Shown one piece after another: positions 28,265-36,368 of a DNA stretch of 64,000 nucleotides. A model generated the notes under the pieces. The model searched no databases. It was given only the letters and a program-made list of their open reading frames with translations, and was not told the DNA's origin. Source of the DNA: Patescibacteria group bacterium. GTDB lineage: Bacteria; Patescibacteriota; Minisyncoccia; Phycocordibacterales; Phycocordibacteraceae. Made by a program: the position numbers and the translations under genes. The stretch spans positions 25,101 through 89,100 of the forward strand of contig JBBUDY010000019.1 of NCBI GenBank assembly GCA_038057055.1, given 5' to 3'. Each line of letters opens with the position of its first letter. Position 1 is the stretch's first letter.

Positions 28265-28658
28265 TTGAAGGATTCTGCACGTCGAGTGACCACGCGAGCT
28301 CGGTGAGTTTCCCTCGTGTGAGCTTGGGCGTATGGCGGACCACCGGTGCAGTGACCATCTCTTTCTTTACGTTTTTTGGTTCCTCATGCTTCCAGAGGAA
28401 GAGCTTCGGACGTATATAATAGTTGAAACCGGATTCCACCATTTCAATAAAGGGCTTTCCATTTATTTTGTAGAACGCGAGCGCCGCAACAAAGCCTGCG
28501 ACCGGTAGTGAGAGGAGTACCGCGAAGATGATTGGTACATATGAAAAGAACACGACACAGAGCCCTGCCCCACCGGCGAGATAGATGAATTGCTTTAAGG
28601 TCAAAGGGCCAATAATCTTGTCCTCAACCCCGATGAATTGCGGAACCTGGTATTCCAT
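28242..28658 (-). CDS. PrgI/VirB3-like small membrane protein
   Basis: MEYQVPQFIGVEDKIIGPLTLKQFIYLAGG N-terminus plus two TM helices, as in PrgI-family proteins next to VirB4. Confidence 0.6.
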   Translation of the reverse strand: MEYQVPQFIGVEDKIIGPLTLKQFIYLAGGAGLCVVFFSYVPIIFAVLLSLPVAGFVAALAFYKINGKPFIEMVESGFNYYIRPKLFLWKHEEPKNVKKEMVTAPVVRHTPKLTRGKLTELAWSLDVQNPSNGMQKTS

Positions 28659-28765
28659 TACTCATTAGTATAGCAGTAGTGCATAACGAAAATGTGGAAT
28701 TATACAGGGTGTATCGTTATAGTGTGCGACCTGTTCTTTGGGTTGGGTTAGGTAGGGAGACCAAT

Positions 28766-28969
28766 ATGGGCATGTCCGGTGGTTTTGGTTCAATCGTTAT
28801 CTCGCACGAAGGAGGAAGAGAGACGTGTAGGAAGTGTGGAGCCCTGATTAATTTTGGGAATTCAGAAAGTTATCACGAGTGCACACAGGCGGTCGGCAGT
28901 TCTTATGTTGTCATCGGGTACATGTGCCTCGATCCTTGCTGGACACCATTATCAGAGCTTGATGCCTAG
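28766..28969 (+). CDS. Small Cys-containing hypothetical protein
   Basis: SD AGGGAG 7 nt upstream of ATG 28766. CRKCG...HEC possible zinc-ribbon. Hairpin 28971-28990 downstream. Confidence 0.4.
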   Translation: MGMSGGFGSIVISHEGGRETCRKCGALINFGNSESYHECTQAVGSSYVVIGYMCLDPCWTPLSELDA

Positions 28970-29011
28970 GGGGCGATGATGCTATCGCCCTCTGCGTTTG
29001 TCCGAGCAACA

Positions 29012-29272
29012 CTATTCCCCACTCCCTTTAATATCTTTTGACTGAATCGGGCTCTCGATACCGGGCGACCACTTGGCAGCGATAGCGCCAAATTTCTTTT
29101 CATACTCCTCGACTTGGTGCGAGAGGCTCTGCACGAGTCGCTTCATGTGAGCCGGTGTGAGTGCATAGGCAGTCGCAGTTTCTCCGACACTCATCAGCAT
29201 GACGAAATTCTCTTGGGAATGCCCCGCAACAACGTTCTCGCAAAACTGCTTTGGTATTTTATTGAAGTCCAT
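29012..29272 (-). CDS. DUF3467-like small protein
   Basis: 86 aa. NVVAGHSQENFVMLM...ALTPAHMKRLVQSL pattern recalled from DUF3467; not searched. Confidence 0.45.
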   Translation of the reverse strand: MDFNKIPKQFCENVVAGHSQENFVMLMSVGETATAYALTPAHMKRLVQSLSHQVEEYEKKFGAIAAKWSPGIESPIQSKDIKGSGE

Positions 29273-29279
29273 AAGTCTA

Positions 29280-29915
29280 CTATATGCTCCCGCCGGTTAG
29301 AAGTCCAAAGAGCCACACAACGAGTTTGAAAAATGGCCCCGCGAAAATATAAGAGAAGAACAATAAGAAAAGAATGAGTGAGAGCATGCCGGCGCCATGA
29401 ATCTGCTGTTCAAGACGCACAAGACCACTCGCAAGATGCCACGGGAGTATCGTGCGAAGCACCGTGAAGCCATCAAGTGGAGGGAATGGAATGAGATTAA
29501 AGAGACCCAAAAAGAGATTAATAAATGCAATGGTTGCGGCGAGATAGAGCATATTTGCATCAAAGCCGAGTATGGGACCAAAGCGTACGATGAGTCCAAA
29601 GATGATTGCAAGAAGTAAGTTGGTCGCCGAACCCGCGACGGCGACGAGGGTCTCGCCCCACCGCTGATTCTTGAGATTGTAGGGGTTATAGGGGACCGGT
29701 TTTGCCCACCCGAACATAATTGGTGAGCCGGTGAAGGTAAGGAGGGCGGGAATAATGACCGAACCCATTGGGTCAATGTGCGGGAGTGGATTGAGGGTGA
29801 GGCGGCCGGCAAGGCGGGCGGTCGGGTCGCCGAGAGAGTTGGCGGCGTAGCCGTGCGCCACCTCGTGGGCAATGACGGAGAGGATAAGGACAACGAGTGA
29901 GAGAAAGACAATCAT
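29280..29915 (-). CDS. Site-2 protease family (M50) membrane metalloprotease
   Basis: HEVAHGYAA (HExxH) and NLIPFPPLDG motifs, multiple TM helices. Confidence 0.85.
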   Translation of the reverse strand: MIVFLSLVVLILSVIAHEVAHGYAANSLGDPTARLAGRLTLNPLPHIDPMGSVIIPALLTFTGSPIMFGWAKPVPYNPYNLKNQRWGETLVAVAGSATNLLLAIIFGLIVRFGPILGFDANMLYLAATIAFINLFLGLFNLIPFPPLDGFTVLRTILPWHLASGLVRLEQQIHGAGMLSLILFLLFFSYIFAGPFFKLVVWLFGLLTGGSI

Positions 29916-29955
29916 GTTTGCTCGTTCAGAATCTTATGCTACCATGGGGCGACTT

Positions 29956-30198
29956 ATGGCACGCGCCTGCGAAATCACCGGCAAGAGCACGCAAATCGGC
30001 GGGCGGTACTCCAACCGTACCCGCGCGACGCAATTCAACCCAACCGGCAAGGTACGCCGCAAGGCCAATCTCCAGAAACGCCGCATCTATGTCCCCGAGC
30101 TCGGCAAGACCGTTATCGTGGACGTCTCGGTTAAGGGCCTAAAAACTATCAAAAAAAACGGCGCCTTCGCCGCGCTTACAAAAGCCGGAGCAATTTAA
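29956..30198 (+). CDS. rpmB: 50S ribosomal protein L28
   Basis: MARACEITGKSTQIGGRYSNRTRATQFNP is a typical L28 N-terminus. Confidence 0.88.
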   Translation: MARACEITGKSTQIGGRYSNRTRATQFNPTGKVRRKANLQKRRIYVPELGKTVIVDVSVKGLKTIKKNGAFAALTKAGAI

Positions 30199-30204
30199 CG
30201 TTTG

Positions 30205-30213
30205 TGATATAAT
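30205..30213 (+). promoter_or_regulatory. Extended -10 promoter TGaTATAAT, 6 nt before ATG 30220
   Basis: Perfect TATAAT with an upstream TG, starting 7 nt after the rpmB stop. No SD. Confidence 0.55.
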
Positions 30214-30219
30214 CGCGCT

Positions 30220-30459
30220 ATGGCAACCGCGACACTCAATAAGACAGACAGACTGCTCATAGAAGTGCTTCGCGAGGTGCGCGAGGTACGTTCTCTTGTA
30301 GAATATCCTTCACGCCCAGTCAGCACACGGAAAAAGAGTATAAAAAAACTCCCCAAATGGCTACAAGAGAGCCTAAGAGATGTTGAGGAAGGGCGAGTAT
30401 ATGGTCCGTTCAATACGGTTAAAGAATTGCGTGCATCTCTGGAGTCGGACGGTGAATGA
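30220..30459 (+). CDS. Putative antitoxin
   Basis: 79 aa, overlaps the toxin start by 4 nt. Confidence 0.55.
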   Translation: MATATLNKTDRLLIEVLREVREVRSLVEYPSRPVSTRKKSIKKLPKWLQESLRDVEEGRVYGPFNTVKELRASLESDGE

Positions 30460-30701
30460 AACTTGAACACACGAAAAAGATCAGACGTGCGCTCCGCGAA
30501 TTTCCAAAAGAAATTCGAGAAATCTTTTACAAACAAATAGAATATCTCAGAAAAGATTTGCGTCACCCCTCACTTCGTGCAAAGAAGTATGGCGGGACAA
30601 CCGATGTGTGGCAAGCAAGGGTCACGGATACTGTAAGATTTTATTTTCAAATAGCAGGAGACACGTATCGCCTCTTAAACATCAGGAAACATCCTAAGTA
30701 A
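30456..30701 (+). CDS. RelE/ParE-superfamily toxin (paralogue of 11860-12108)
   Basis: 81 aa. Shared LRHPSL motif and C-terminal beta pattern VRFYFQIAGDTYRLLNI. Confidence 0.6.
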   Translation: MKLEHTKKIRRALREFPKEIREIFYKQIEYLRKDLRHPSLRAKKYGGTTDVWQARVTDTVRFYFQIAGDTYRLLNIRKHPK

Positions 30702-30702
30702 A

Positions 30703-30762
30703 GCCTCAACCATCAAGAAGAACAGCGCTTTCATTGCGCTCTCGAAAGCCGGAGCTATTTAG
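30703..30762. repeat. rpmB 3'-terminus repeat, copy 2 (orphan; ASTIKKNSAFIALSKAGAI*)
   Basis: 20 codons align to 30139-30198. Starts 2 nt after the toxin stop. Confidence 0.9.
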
Positions 30763-32023
30763 GTTTTAATGTAGCTATACGCTCCGGATTGAATCCATAT
30801 TCATCGCCAAGTTCTTTAATGTAGATTTTTCCACCTGAATCAGCATCAACTTTTTCATAAGGAGGTCGTAAATGATATTTCTCTGCTTTCTCATTGTCCC
30901 CTCTCCAAACTTCTTCTGTAATTCCTATCTTCTTAATTGCCACTCCATCTACTATTTTCCGAATAAAAGCAGGACTTGCTTTTATTTCCGCCATAATTTT
31001 CAAAGCTTCAGACTCCGGTAGTAAGACTTCTATACACAAGATATTACCAGGACGACCAACATCATCTCTATATGCCAAGTCTTGGCTACCATTATCATCG
31101 GTATTAGATTGGAATGCATACCACAATTTCAAAAGAGGTTCATTTTTACCATTTGTGACGGCTTCATTATGTAGAATAGGCTGCTCACCGACCTTTACTT
31201 TTTTCTTTTCAACAACCGTCTTTGACGAGAATCCACCCCAACTTTTTTCTTTCACAGGCACCTCAATTTCATTATAGATGTCTTGCACAGCTGGGACGAG
31301 CGCGACAAACTCGCGCACATGTGCCCCATCATATTTATTCTTCAAATCTCTATCGCCAAGACCGAAAAACCCCCGCATATCTCTAGCAAATAGAGACTCA
31401 TCTTTCTTAGCTCTTTCGACTCTTCTACTATCTAGCATCCCTCCGAGTCCGCCCGGCAACGAAGCATAAAGCCCAACACTTCCTTCTGCCATTATTTTCA
31501 GCATTAACTCAGTTTCTTTTATTTCCTGATCGTTTTTAGCACGCTCTACTTTTTGTGCTTCTGATTTTTTCTCAACAGATTTTACACCTTGTGCGCTTTG
31601 CCACTCTAGAAAACCTCTCTGTTTTAGTTCACCGAGATTGAAATGTTCGACGAAATATTTTGTGTCTTCTATTTGTTGTAATACTTTTTCAATACGTTTA
31701 ATTTCTACTGCGTCTTTACGAGAACCAGCAGCATCCGAATCTTGATTAGAAACATTCTCAGTCTGATTTAAGGAAGCAATCATATCGTCTGTACCGCCAT
31801 TTGACGGTAGTGTGCTAAGCATTTGGGCTATGCCGACAAATTTTTCTGCAGTTGGTCTTTTTCTTGCTCTATCTTTTTCGTCCGTTGCTTCTGATACAAC
31901 TTTTTGGGTACGGTCTATCATATACTGGGCATACATTGAAAGGTCGCGTATTTCGATAGGTCGTTCGCTCGCTTCTTTAGTTTTTTCTGGAGAAGAGGTC
32001 GTTTTGGGCTTGCCTTCGGACAT
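30755..32023 (-). CDS. Hypothetical 422-aa protein (AT-richer cassette cargo)
   Basis: Long ORF, charged and coiled N-terminal half, no recognisable catalytic motif. Its stop overlaps rpmB repeat copy 2. Confidence 0.6.
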   Translation of the reverse strand: MSEGKPKTTSSPEKTKEASERPIEIRDLSMYAQYMIDRTQKVVSEATDEKDRARKRPTAEKFVGIAQMLSTLPSNGGTDDMIASLNQTENVSNQDSDAAGSRKDAVEIKRIEKVLQQIEDTKYFVEHFNLGELKQRGFLEWQSAQGVKSVEKKSEAQKVERAKNDQEIKETELMLKIMAEGSVGLYASLPGGLGGMLDSRRVERAKKDESLFARDMRGFFGLGDRDLKNKYDGAHVREFVALVPAVQDIYNEIEVPVKEKSWGGFSSKTVVEKKKVKVGEQPILHNEAVTNGKNEPLLKLWYAFQSNTDDNGSQDLAYRDDVGRPGNILCIEVLLPESEALKIMAEIKASPAFIRKIVDGVAIKKIGITEEVWRGDNEKAEKYHLRPPYEKVDADSGGKIYIKELGDEYGFNPERIATLKPK

Positions 32024-32051
32024 AGAATCTTAGTATATAACAAAATCCGAC

Positions 32052-32091
32052 CTCGCTTTGCTTGCACTCTACAAAAGCCGTGGCTATTTAA
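32052..32091. repeat. rpmB 3'-terminus repeat, copy 3 (degenerate orphan)
   Basis: CTCGCTTTGCTTGCACTCTACAAAAGCCGTGGCTATTTAA aligns to copies 1 and 2 with a 1-nt indel. Confidence 0.75.
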
Positions 32092-32144
32092 ATCGGTTTT
32101 TCGTAGACACACCCGCCTGAATGGGTGTGGTACATTTTATATCT

Positions 32145-32753
32145 ATGACCTACACCGCAAAGACATTTAACCTGCCAGCGCTCGAGGGGATTTCAGAAAA
32201 GCAAATCAAAGTACATCTCGCGCTCTACGAGGGTTATGTGAAAAATATAAATCTGATGATGGAAACGCTTCATGGCTATGCAGCATATGGCGACAAAGCA
32301 ACTGAAGGCGACAAGCTCGCAATCGCGGAACTGCGTCGGCGATTCGCGTTTGAATTCGACGGGATGCGCCTTCACGAATTTTATTTTGAACAGTTCGAGG
32401 GAGAAAAAGGCGGGAGTCCAGAATCAGGGCTTGCAAAGGTGGCGGCAGAGAAATATGGCAGCGGAGAAAATTTCTTGAAGCACATTCGAGAAGTGGCAGG
32501 AAGTCGCGGTATCGGTTGGGTCGTCGTCTATGCTGATCCGATTGCAAAAACAATTCACACTACCTTTGTGGGCGACCATGAAGTCGGTCAGCTCGCCGGG
32601 CTCCCAGCACTCCTTGCACTCGACCTCTGGGAGCACGCATATATGGTGGACTATGTGCCGGCAGAGAAAAAGAATTATATTGATGCTTTCTTCGCGAACT
32701 TGAATTGGTCAGTCGTCGAGAAACGCTTCGACACGGCGATGAGCGCCGCATAA
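32145..32753 (+). CDS. Fe/Mn superoxide dismutase
   Basis: HLALYEGYV, FEFDGMRLHEFYF and C-terminal DLWEHAYMVDY metal-ligand motif. Confidence 0.9.
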   Translation: MTYTAKTFNLPALEGISEKQIKVHLALYEGYVKNINLMMETLHGYAAYGDKATEGDKLAIAELRRRFAFEFDGMRLHEFYFEQFEGEKGGSPESGLAKVAAEKYGSGENFLKHIREVAGSRGIGWVVVYADPIAKTIHTTFVGDHEVGQLAGLPALLALDLWEHAYMVDYVPAEKKNYIDAFFANLNWSVVEKRFDTAMSAA

Positions 32754-34165
32754 GCGACGAGGACAAGCACAAATGGGAACTGCTCGATTGTGAATGCTGC
32801 GAATGGGAGCGCGGAACTCTTTTCTGCAATAAAGATGAAGTAGCGGGTGATAATAAAGACCGGATAGCCGACGATAGTAACAATGACTGGGAAGAAAGGG
32901 CCAACCGTCATACCGACGACGCCCGCGATTACCGACCACGCCATCGCGAGCGGTACGAGTGGGTTCACGAGCAGGTTCGCCGGTAGAGCGACGAGCGAGA
33001 AGAGCCCGATGTCATAGAGTAAGAGCGGCAATACCGAGATTTGTGCGGCGAGCGTTGTCGCAACGACATTTTTCCAAAAAGGCCATAAGCGAGTCATGCG
33101 CGCTTCAAAGATTGGTGCAAGCCAGATGATGCCTGCGGTTGCGGCGACCGAGAGACCGAAGCCGGGGTCGAAGACGAGATAGAGCGGATTCCACATGAGC
33201 ATGAGGAGGACGGTGAAGAGGAGTGCGCGACTCGCGGCATAGCTCTTGCCGGTCGCACGCGCATAGAGCGCGATGACCGCCATAATCGCGGCACGCACGG
33301 CCGTGGCAGAGATGCCAGCTATCCCGACAAAGAGCAAGAGCGCCGCCCCGCCGGCAAAGAACTGCAGCCGGCGGGGCATGAGTAAAAATGCGAAGAACGC
33401 CATGATCCATTCGGCGACGATCATCACGTTGTAGCCGGAGAGCACAATGATTTGCACGAGCCCGGAGCGCGTGAACGCCTCTTTGAGCTCGGCACCAAGC
33501 CCCTCCTTCCCTCCGATCACGATGCCGCCTGCGAGTGCCGCATCAGGATTCGGCAGTGCACGATTGAGGCCGTCGAGGAATACATGTTTAATACGAGCGA
33601 GTGCAGCCGGTACCGAGTACCATGGTGCCGGTTCGACAGTGTAGATCGAGCCATATTGGATAAGGAAGCGGACACCGCGCGCCTGCAGGTATTTGTCATA
33701 GCGGAAGGTGCGGCCGCCGTCTGTCTCAAATGCATGCGGGAGCGAGAGCGTCCCATACACGCGCACGCGGTCGCCAACGCGCACGTCTGCAGAGAGCGGC
33801 ATCACTGCGAGTACGCCAACCTCCTCACTCCCCTTTTCCACCGAGAGCGCAATACGCTGATTCTTCTCGCGTACATCAGGATCACTCACGACCACTCCCT
33901 CATATTGCACACGATGTTTCAAATCCCCCACGAACGCTTCCGGCAGTGGCGTATCAGCAACCGTCGAGCGCACCATTCCAAGTGCAACAAAAATAAAAAA
34001 CACAGCGACGAGTGAGTACACTCGCCGCTCTTTTAAAAAAGCCGCGGCGCCAAGAAGCGCCACGAGGAGCATTACAAACACAATCGGTTCCCACCCAAAA
34101 CTAAAAACCGACCGCACCCCCACCCCACTCGCAAATCCCGAAACAACAGCAAGGAGCGCGCTCAT
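32675..34165 (-). CDS. comEC: ComEC/Rec2-family DNA internalisation channel (membrane domain form)
   Basis: Polytopic protein. RSGLVQIIVLSGYNV competence-domain motif. N-terminal OB-like region. Confidence 0.8.
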   Translation of the reverse strand: MSALLAVVSGFASGVGVRSVFSFGWEPIVFVMLLVALLGAAAFLKERRVYSLVAVFFIFVALGMVRSTVADTPLPEAFVGDLKHRVQYEGVVVSDPDVREKNQRIALSVEKGSEEVGVLAVMPLSADVRVGDRVRVYGTLSLPHAFETDGGRTFRYDKYLQARGVRFLIQYGSIYTVEPAPWYSVPAALARIKHVFLDGLNRALPNPDAALAGGIVIGGKEGLGAELKEAFTRSGLVQIIVLSGYNVMIVAEWIMAFFAFLLMPRRLQFFAGGAALLLFVGIAGISATAVRAAIMAVIALYARATGKSYAASRALLFTVLLMLMWNPLYLVFDPGFGLSVAATAGIIWLAPIFEARMTRLWPFWKNVVATTLAAQISVLPLLLYDIGLFSLVALPANLLVNPLVPLAMAWSVIAGVVGMTVGPFFPVIVTIVGYPVFIITRYFIFIAEKSSALPFAAFTIEQFPFVLVLVAYAALIAVSKRFSTTDQFKFAKKASI

Positions 34166-34413
34166 TTATAAATATCTCGTCGGTGACCAACGCCTTCGAT
34201 ACTTACCAGATCATTACTGACTGTATAGGTCGTACGATAGTTACCAACACGGAGCTTATAGAGGTTCCTCAACTCCCTATGCAATTTCTCATGCTGGAGG
34301 TGCTCAAAATTTTCTTTAAGCCAGGTTACTTTTTCTACAACTCTCTCTGCAATGACAGAGTCGAGCTTATCTAGATTCGCAAGAGCGGTGGTACTCCATC
34401 TAACGGAGACCAT
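34162..34413 (-). CDS. RelE/ParE-family toxin
   Basis: NLYKLRVGNYRTTYTVSNDLVSIEGVGHRRDIY is a classic RelE/ParE C-terminus. Stop overlaps the comEC ATG. Confidence 0.8.
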   Translation of the reverse strand: MVSVRWSTTALANLDKLDSVIAERVVEKVTWLKENFEHLQHEKLHRELRNLYKLRVGNYRTTYTVSNDLVSIEGVGHRRDIYK

Positions 34414-34588
34414 ATTTTTTCATCACTTCAGCATGCGAAATATATTTTTGTTTTCCCTGCATCCTCTTGCGCAGTTTCAACAAGAAACTTCTTTTGAGTT
34501 GAAGCCCTTCATCAGGATCACCAAGGAACTCGAGCAATTTCTGCTCGACGATGGCTCCTATTTGTTTATTGAGTTGCGCAGTGGTCAT
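34400..34588 (-). CDS. Antitoxin of the RelE/ParE pair
   Basis: 62 aa starting MTTAQL. Overlaps the toxin start. Start chosen because TGGTATAAT lies 7 nt upstream. Confidence 0.6.
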   Translation of the reverse strand: MTTAQLNKQIGAIVEQKLLEFLGDPDEGLQLKRSFLLKLRKRMQGKQKYISHAEVMKKYGLR

Positions 34589-34595
34589 GCGGAAT

Positions 34596-34604
34596 ATTAT
34601 ACCA
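34596..34604 (-). promoter_or_regulatory. Extended -10 promoter TGGTATAAT (minus strand) with TTGAAA -35
   Basis: Minus-strand reading: TTGAAAtaagtgattaTGGTATAATattccgcATG. Confidence 0.6.
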
Positions 34605-34633
34605 TAATCACTTATTTCAACAGGTATCAAAGA

Positions 34634-34653
34634 CTTGTCGCTATAGCGACAAG
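34634..34653. promoter_or_regulatory. Perfect 20-bp palindrome CTTGTCGCTATAGCGACAAG (likely TA operator)
   Basis: Lies just upstream of the TA promoter. The core CGCTATAGCG recurs at 34690-34699. Confidence 0.5.
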
Positions 34654-34719
34654 TCGTGGATAGGTACTTCTCGTGTGTACCTTAATTAACGCTATAGCGT
34701 AAAACAAGGTACATGAGAT

Positions 34720-34740
34720 TGTAGACACCGGGTGTCTACA
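34720..34740. other. Perfect hairpin TGTAGACAC-CGG-GTGTCTACA abutting the orphan comEC fragment
   Basis: 9-bp stem. Marks the exact junction between the orphan comEC 5' fragment and the TA cassette. Confidence 0.5.
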
Positions 34741-34803
34741 GAAAAACGACTGCACCCCTACCCCACTCGTAAATCCCGAAACAATGGCGATAAGGACGCT
34801 CAT
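34741..34803 (-). repeat. comEC 5'-terminus repeat (orphan; MSVLIAIVSGFTSGVGVQSFF)
   Basis: 21 codons align to 34103-34165 (MSALLAVVSGFASGVGVRSVF). Retains the ATG. Confidence 0.9.
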
Positions 34804-34825
34804 ATATCTTTATGGTAGCGCGAGG

Positions 34826-35305
34826 CTAAAGTGTTTTCTCAAGCTCCTCGACATCGACTCTATCTACTTCGCGGTTGAGTTTCTTCTTGTATTCGATAAG
34901 AGTTGCTTTGAGAATTAATGGGACCTCAACCCCATATATTTCCATCAGTTGAAAATTCTTCAAATCGACACGAGCCGAAACCCAAGTTTGTGAAGTTTCG
35001 TCAAACTTTTTTGCATCATATGCGCCGCTTATATCAATCCGTTGCCCTCCATACGAAAGTGTAAGCAGAATCAAATCCCAATGATCATCTTTGTATTGAG
35101 TTGGTCCATGAATTATATAAGGACGAACTTCAGGTAATATTTTTTCAAAATCTGCTTCTGGAATATCAAAATCTATATCGTGCAACTCACGCTGTACTCC
35201 ATACGCACGAGCCGCAAATCCCCCCGCGATTTGAAAAGGTATTTGATGTTTCTTAAATAGTCCGACAATCCATCGAAATGCTGCTTCAGTATCTCGTGTT
35301 TCCAT
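34826..35305 (-). CDS. Nucleotidyltransferase-fold protein (ANT(2'')/lincosamide-NT-like)
   Basis: AGGFAARAYGVQRELHDIDFDIPE fits the GG-x(n)-DxD NTase motif. Confidence 0.55.
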   Translation of the reverse strand: METRDTEAAFRWIVGLFKKHQIPFQIAGGFAARAYGVQRELHDIDFDIPEADFEKILPEVRPYIIHGPTQYKDDHWDLILLTLSYGGQRIDISGAYDAKKFDETSQTWVSARVDLKNFQLMEIYGVEVPLILKATLIEYKKKLNREVDRVDVEELEKTL

Positions 35306-35314
35306 ACGGAATGA

Positions 35315-35731
35315 TTATGTTCCACGATCCATCGCTTCGTTGGCGAGGGCGTCGGCGTCACTATTTTCAGCACGGAAGACGTGGTTGAAAGAAACAACGC
35401 CGAATTGTTCGATGACTTTTTTCAGACGCGCGTGCTGTTCTTTAAGAACTGGATGCTTCACTTTGTACTGGCCCTTCATCTGCTTCACCACCAGCTCGCT
35501 GTCCATTTTGACTGTCACCTCTACTGCATCCGTTTTCTTTTTTAGAAGTTTCGCCAATGTTTCGAACGCAAGAATCACCGCTTCGTATTCGGCGAAGTTG
35601 TTGGTCTGGTGACCGAGAAATTTTGAAACGCTCGCGACCGAATTGCCGAGCTCGTCGCGTATCATCGCCCCTGCCCCACTCGGTCCCGGGTTCCCCCGCG
35701 ACCCCCCGTCAGCATGGATAGTGAATTTCAT
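35315..35731 (-). CDS. rnhA: Ribonuclease HI
   Basis: HADGGSRGNPGPSGAG and NNFAEYEAVILAFE catalytic DEDD context. Confidence 0.85.
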   Translation of the reverse strand: MKFTIHADGGSRGNPGPSGAGAMIRDELGNSVASVSKFLGHQTNNFAEYEAVILAFETLAKLLKKKTDAVEVTVKMDSELVVKQMKGQYKVKHPVLKEQHARLKKVIEQFGVVSFNHVFRAENSDADALANEAMDRGT

Positions 35732-35825
35732 TCCGCCTACTATACGTGGATTTGACTCCAGTAACAATCAAAAGTAAGATGTCTCCAGAGTTCCCCAGGC
35801 ACCAACCAGTTTTGGAGGAGGCATC

Positions 35826-36311
35826 GTGGCGTTCAATCCTTACGTTTTCAACATCCTTGCTCTTTTGAGGATGTGCAGCAATAGCCCGTCTGCACAGTTC
35901 ATAGCAACTCATTTCAAGGACCGCGTGGAGGAGTTTCTCGGTTTCATCGAACTCTCACCGGACCGCGTTGTCGATTTGGCAGAAGGCGATGAAGAAACCG
36001 CAGAGAAGACTTGTCTGTCAGTATTCCGCTATGGCTGGCTCAACCCCGAAGGAGAGTTCATTTCAGTCGGATTCGCACAGCATGATTCGACGGTTCAGCA
36101 AATAACAGGCTTTGATGGGTGCGACAAAGCTTGTGCAGCAGGTTGGGTAAAGTTCACCGTCGGGCTTCCCTATAACCAACACGGCGAATGTCTCTTTGAG
36201 CCGGGGGCTGACAAGAAGTCACTTTCATTGACCCAGCGAAACTGGCTCAACACATGGTTGGAGACCATTGCGCAAGAAGAAACCAGACCTCGTTTCTTGA
36301 GAGCGGTTTGA
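35826..36311 (+). CDS. Hypothetical protein
   Basis: 161-aa ORF (GTG start in the track) followed by a strong terminator. No motif recognised. Confidence 0.45.
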   Translation: MAFNPYVFNILALLRMCSNSPSAQFIATHFKDRVEEFLGFIELSPDRVVDLAEGDEETAEKTCLSVFRYGWLNPEGEFISVGFAQHDSTVQQITGFDGCDKACAAGWVKFTVGLPYNQHGECLFEPGADKKSLSLTQRNWLNTWLETIAQEETRPRFLRAV

Positions 36312-36326
36312 AGTACTCCCTCGCCG

Positions 36327-36367
36327 AGCCCACGATAGCCCACACGCTACATCGTGGGCTTTTCGTT
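36327..36367 (+). terminator. Rho-independent terminator
   Basis: 10-bp stem AGCCCACGAT/ATCGTGGGCT, then TTTCGTTT. Confidence 0.6.
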
Positions 36368-36368
36368 T

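Noticed and set aside
29297-29911. 204-aa alternative-frame ORF on the same strand as the M50 protease
   Set aside because: It is a Ser/Pro-rich out-of-frame product. The HExxH/PLDG-containing frame (29280-29915) is the real gene.
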